From an uncultured Ignavibacteria bacterium (GTDB lineage: Bacteria > Zixibacteria > MSB-5A5 > JAABVY01), in assembly GCA_964496505.1 (NCBI GenBank), contig CAZBZV010000008.1:14328-78327 (forward strand): DNA of 64,000 nucleotides, in the 5' to 3' direction. The translations under genes were made by a program, and so were the position numbers. Position 1 is the first letter of the stretch, and each line of letters begins with the position of its first letter. Positions 63,731 to 64,000 of this stretch are shown here, one piece after another. The notes beneath the pieces were generated by a model that ran no database searches, had not been told where the DNA came from, and worked only from the letters and a program-made list of their open reading frames with translations.

Positions 63731-63756
63731 CCTGGAGAGGGCATCCCCTCTCCAGG
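63731..63756. other. perfect 11-bp GC-rich hairpin between the stop codon and the terminator
   Basis: CCTGGAGAGGG-catc-CCCTCTCCAGG. There is no U-tract on either strand. Confidence 0.6.
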
Positions 63757-63772
63757 GTTAAGGTTAATGATA

Positions 63773-64000
63773 TTACTTCACCAGAATCATCTTTGCGGTT
63801 TTTTGGAATTCCTCTGTTTCCATGCGATAGAAATAAACACCGGTCGCAACTCTGCTATCGCTCTGGTTGGTGCCATTCCATGATACCGTATGTCTGCCAG
63901 CAGGCTTGACATCATCAACCAGAGTTTTCACAAGCTGTCCAGAAATATTGTAGACCTTGATCGTAACCCGGGTTTCTTCTGGCAGACTGTATGATATTTC
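63773..64000 (-). CDS. 3' end of a gene encoding a protein with a T9SS type-A C-terminal sorting domain (the rest lies outside the window)
   Basis: My own translation of the minus strand gives ...EISYSLPEETRVTIKVYNISGQLVKTLVDDVKPAGRHTVSWNGTNQSDSRVATGVYFYRMETEEFQKTAKMILVK*, the canonical Por/T9SS CTD pattern. Confidence 0.7.
   Translation of the reverse strand, partial: EISYSLPEETRVTIKVYNISGQLVKTLVDDVKPAGRHTVSWNGTNQSDSRVATGVYFYRMETEEFQKTAKMILVK

Noticed and set aside
63686-63737. GGTTCGAATCC T-loop-like motif with flanking CGTAT/ATACG pairing; possible tRNA, tRNA fragment or att site
   Set aside because: No D-arm or anticodon arm can be drawn. The putative T-stem has a mismatch. The upstream sequence is occupied by the terminator hairpin. 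No integrase or direct repeat is evident.

Overview
64 kb window, densely coding, from a Gram-negative and probably uncultivated environmental bacterium. Two proteins end in T9SS-type C-terminal sorting domains and three end in dockerin-like modules, which points towards the FCB-type candidate phyla; this taxonomy is inference only. I call about 50 CDS, one tRNA-Ala(GGC) and several intrinsic terminators. I see no rRNA, CRISPR array, transposase, integrase or prophage core. Housekeeping genes: ltaE, recN, an OmpA-family porin, a spoIID-anmK-nagZ muropeptide-recycling block behind a GAF-GGDEF cyclase, cstA, dpaL and secA. Four accessory blocks stand out. (1) 1478-8741 is a ten-gene ars operon: arsR, ArsP-like permease, YeeE/YedE, mini-thioredoxin, periplasmic Trx-like protein, CcdA-like shuttle, DUF1573 protein, arsC, acr3. 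The DUF1573 gene has an in-frame TGA exactly at the first Cys of its CGC motif. A SECIS-like hairpin follows 11 nt later, so it is a candidate selenoprotein sitting at the end of an apparent envelope redox relay. (2) 39095-44305 encodes a 1736-aa beta-helix protein with nine tandem ~108-aa repeats and a T9SS-type CTD. (3) 44436-52470 is an operon that couples two transglutaminase-fold proteins (one active, one with its catalytic triad lost) to a sugar ABC importer. (4) 53793-63117 is a surface block with dockerin-like tails, an O-antigen-ligase-TPR fusion, a GT22-like glycosyltransferase and two tail-fibre-like proteins, one carrying an S74-type chaperone domain. All family assignments are from motif recognition by eye. 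No searches were run.
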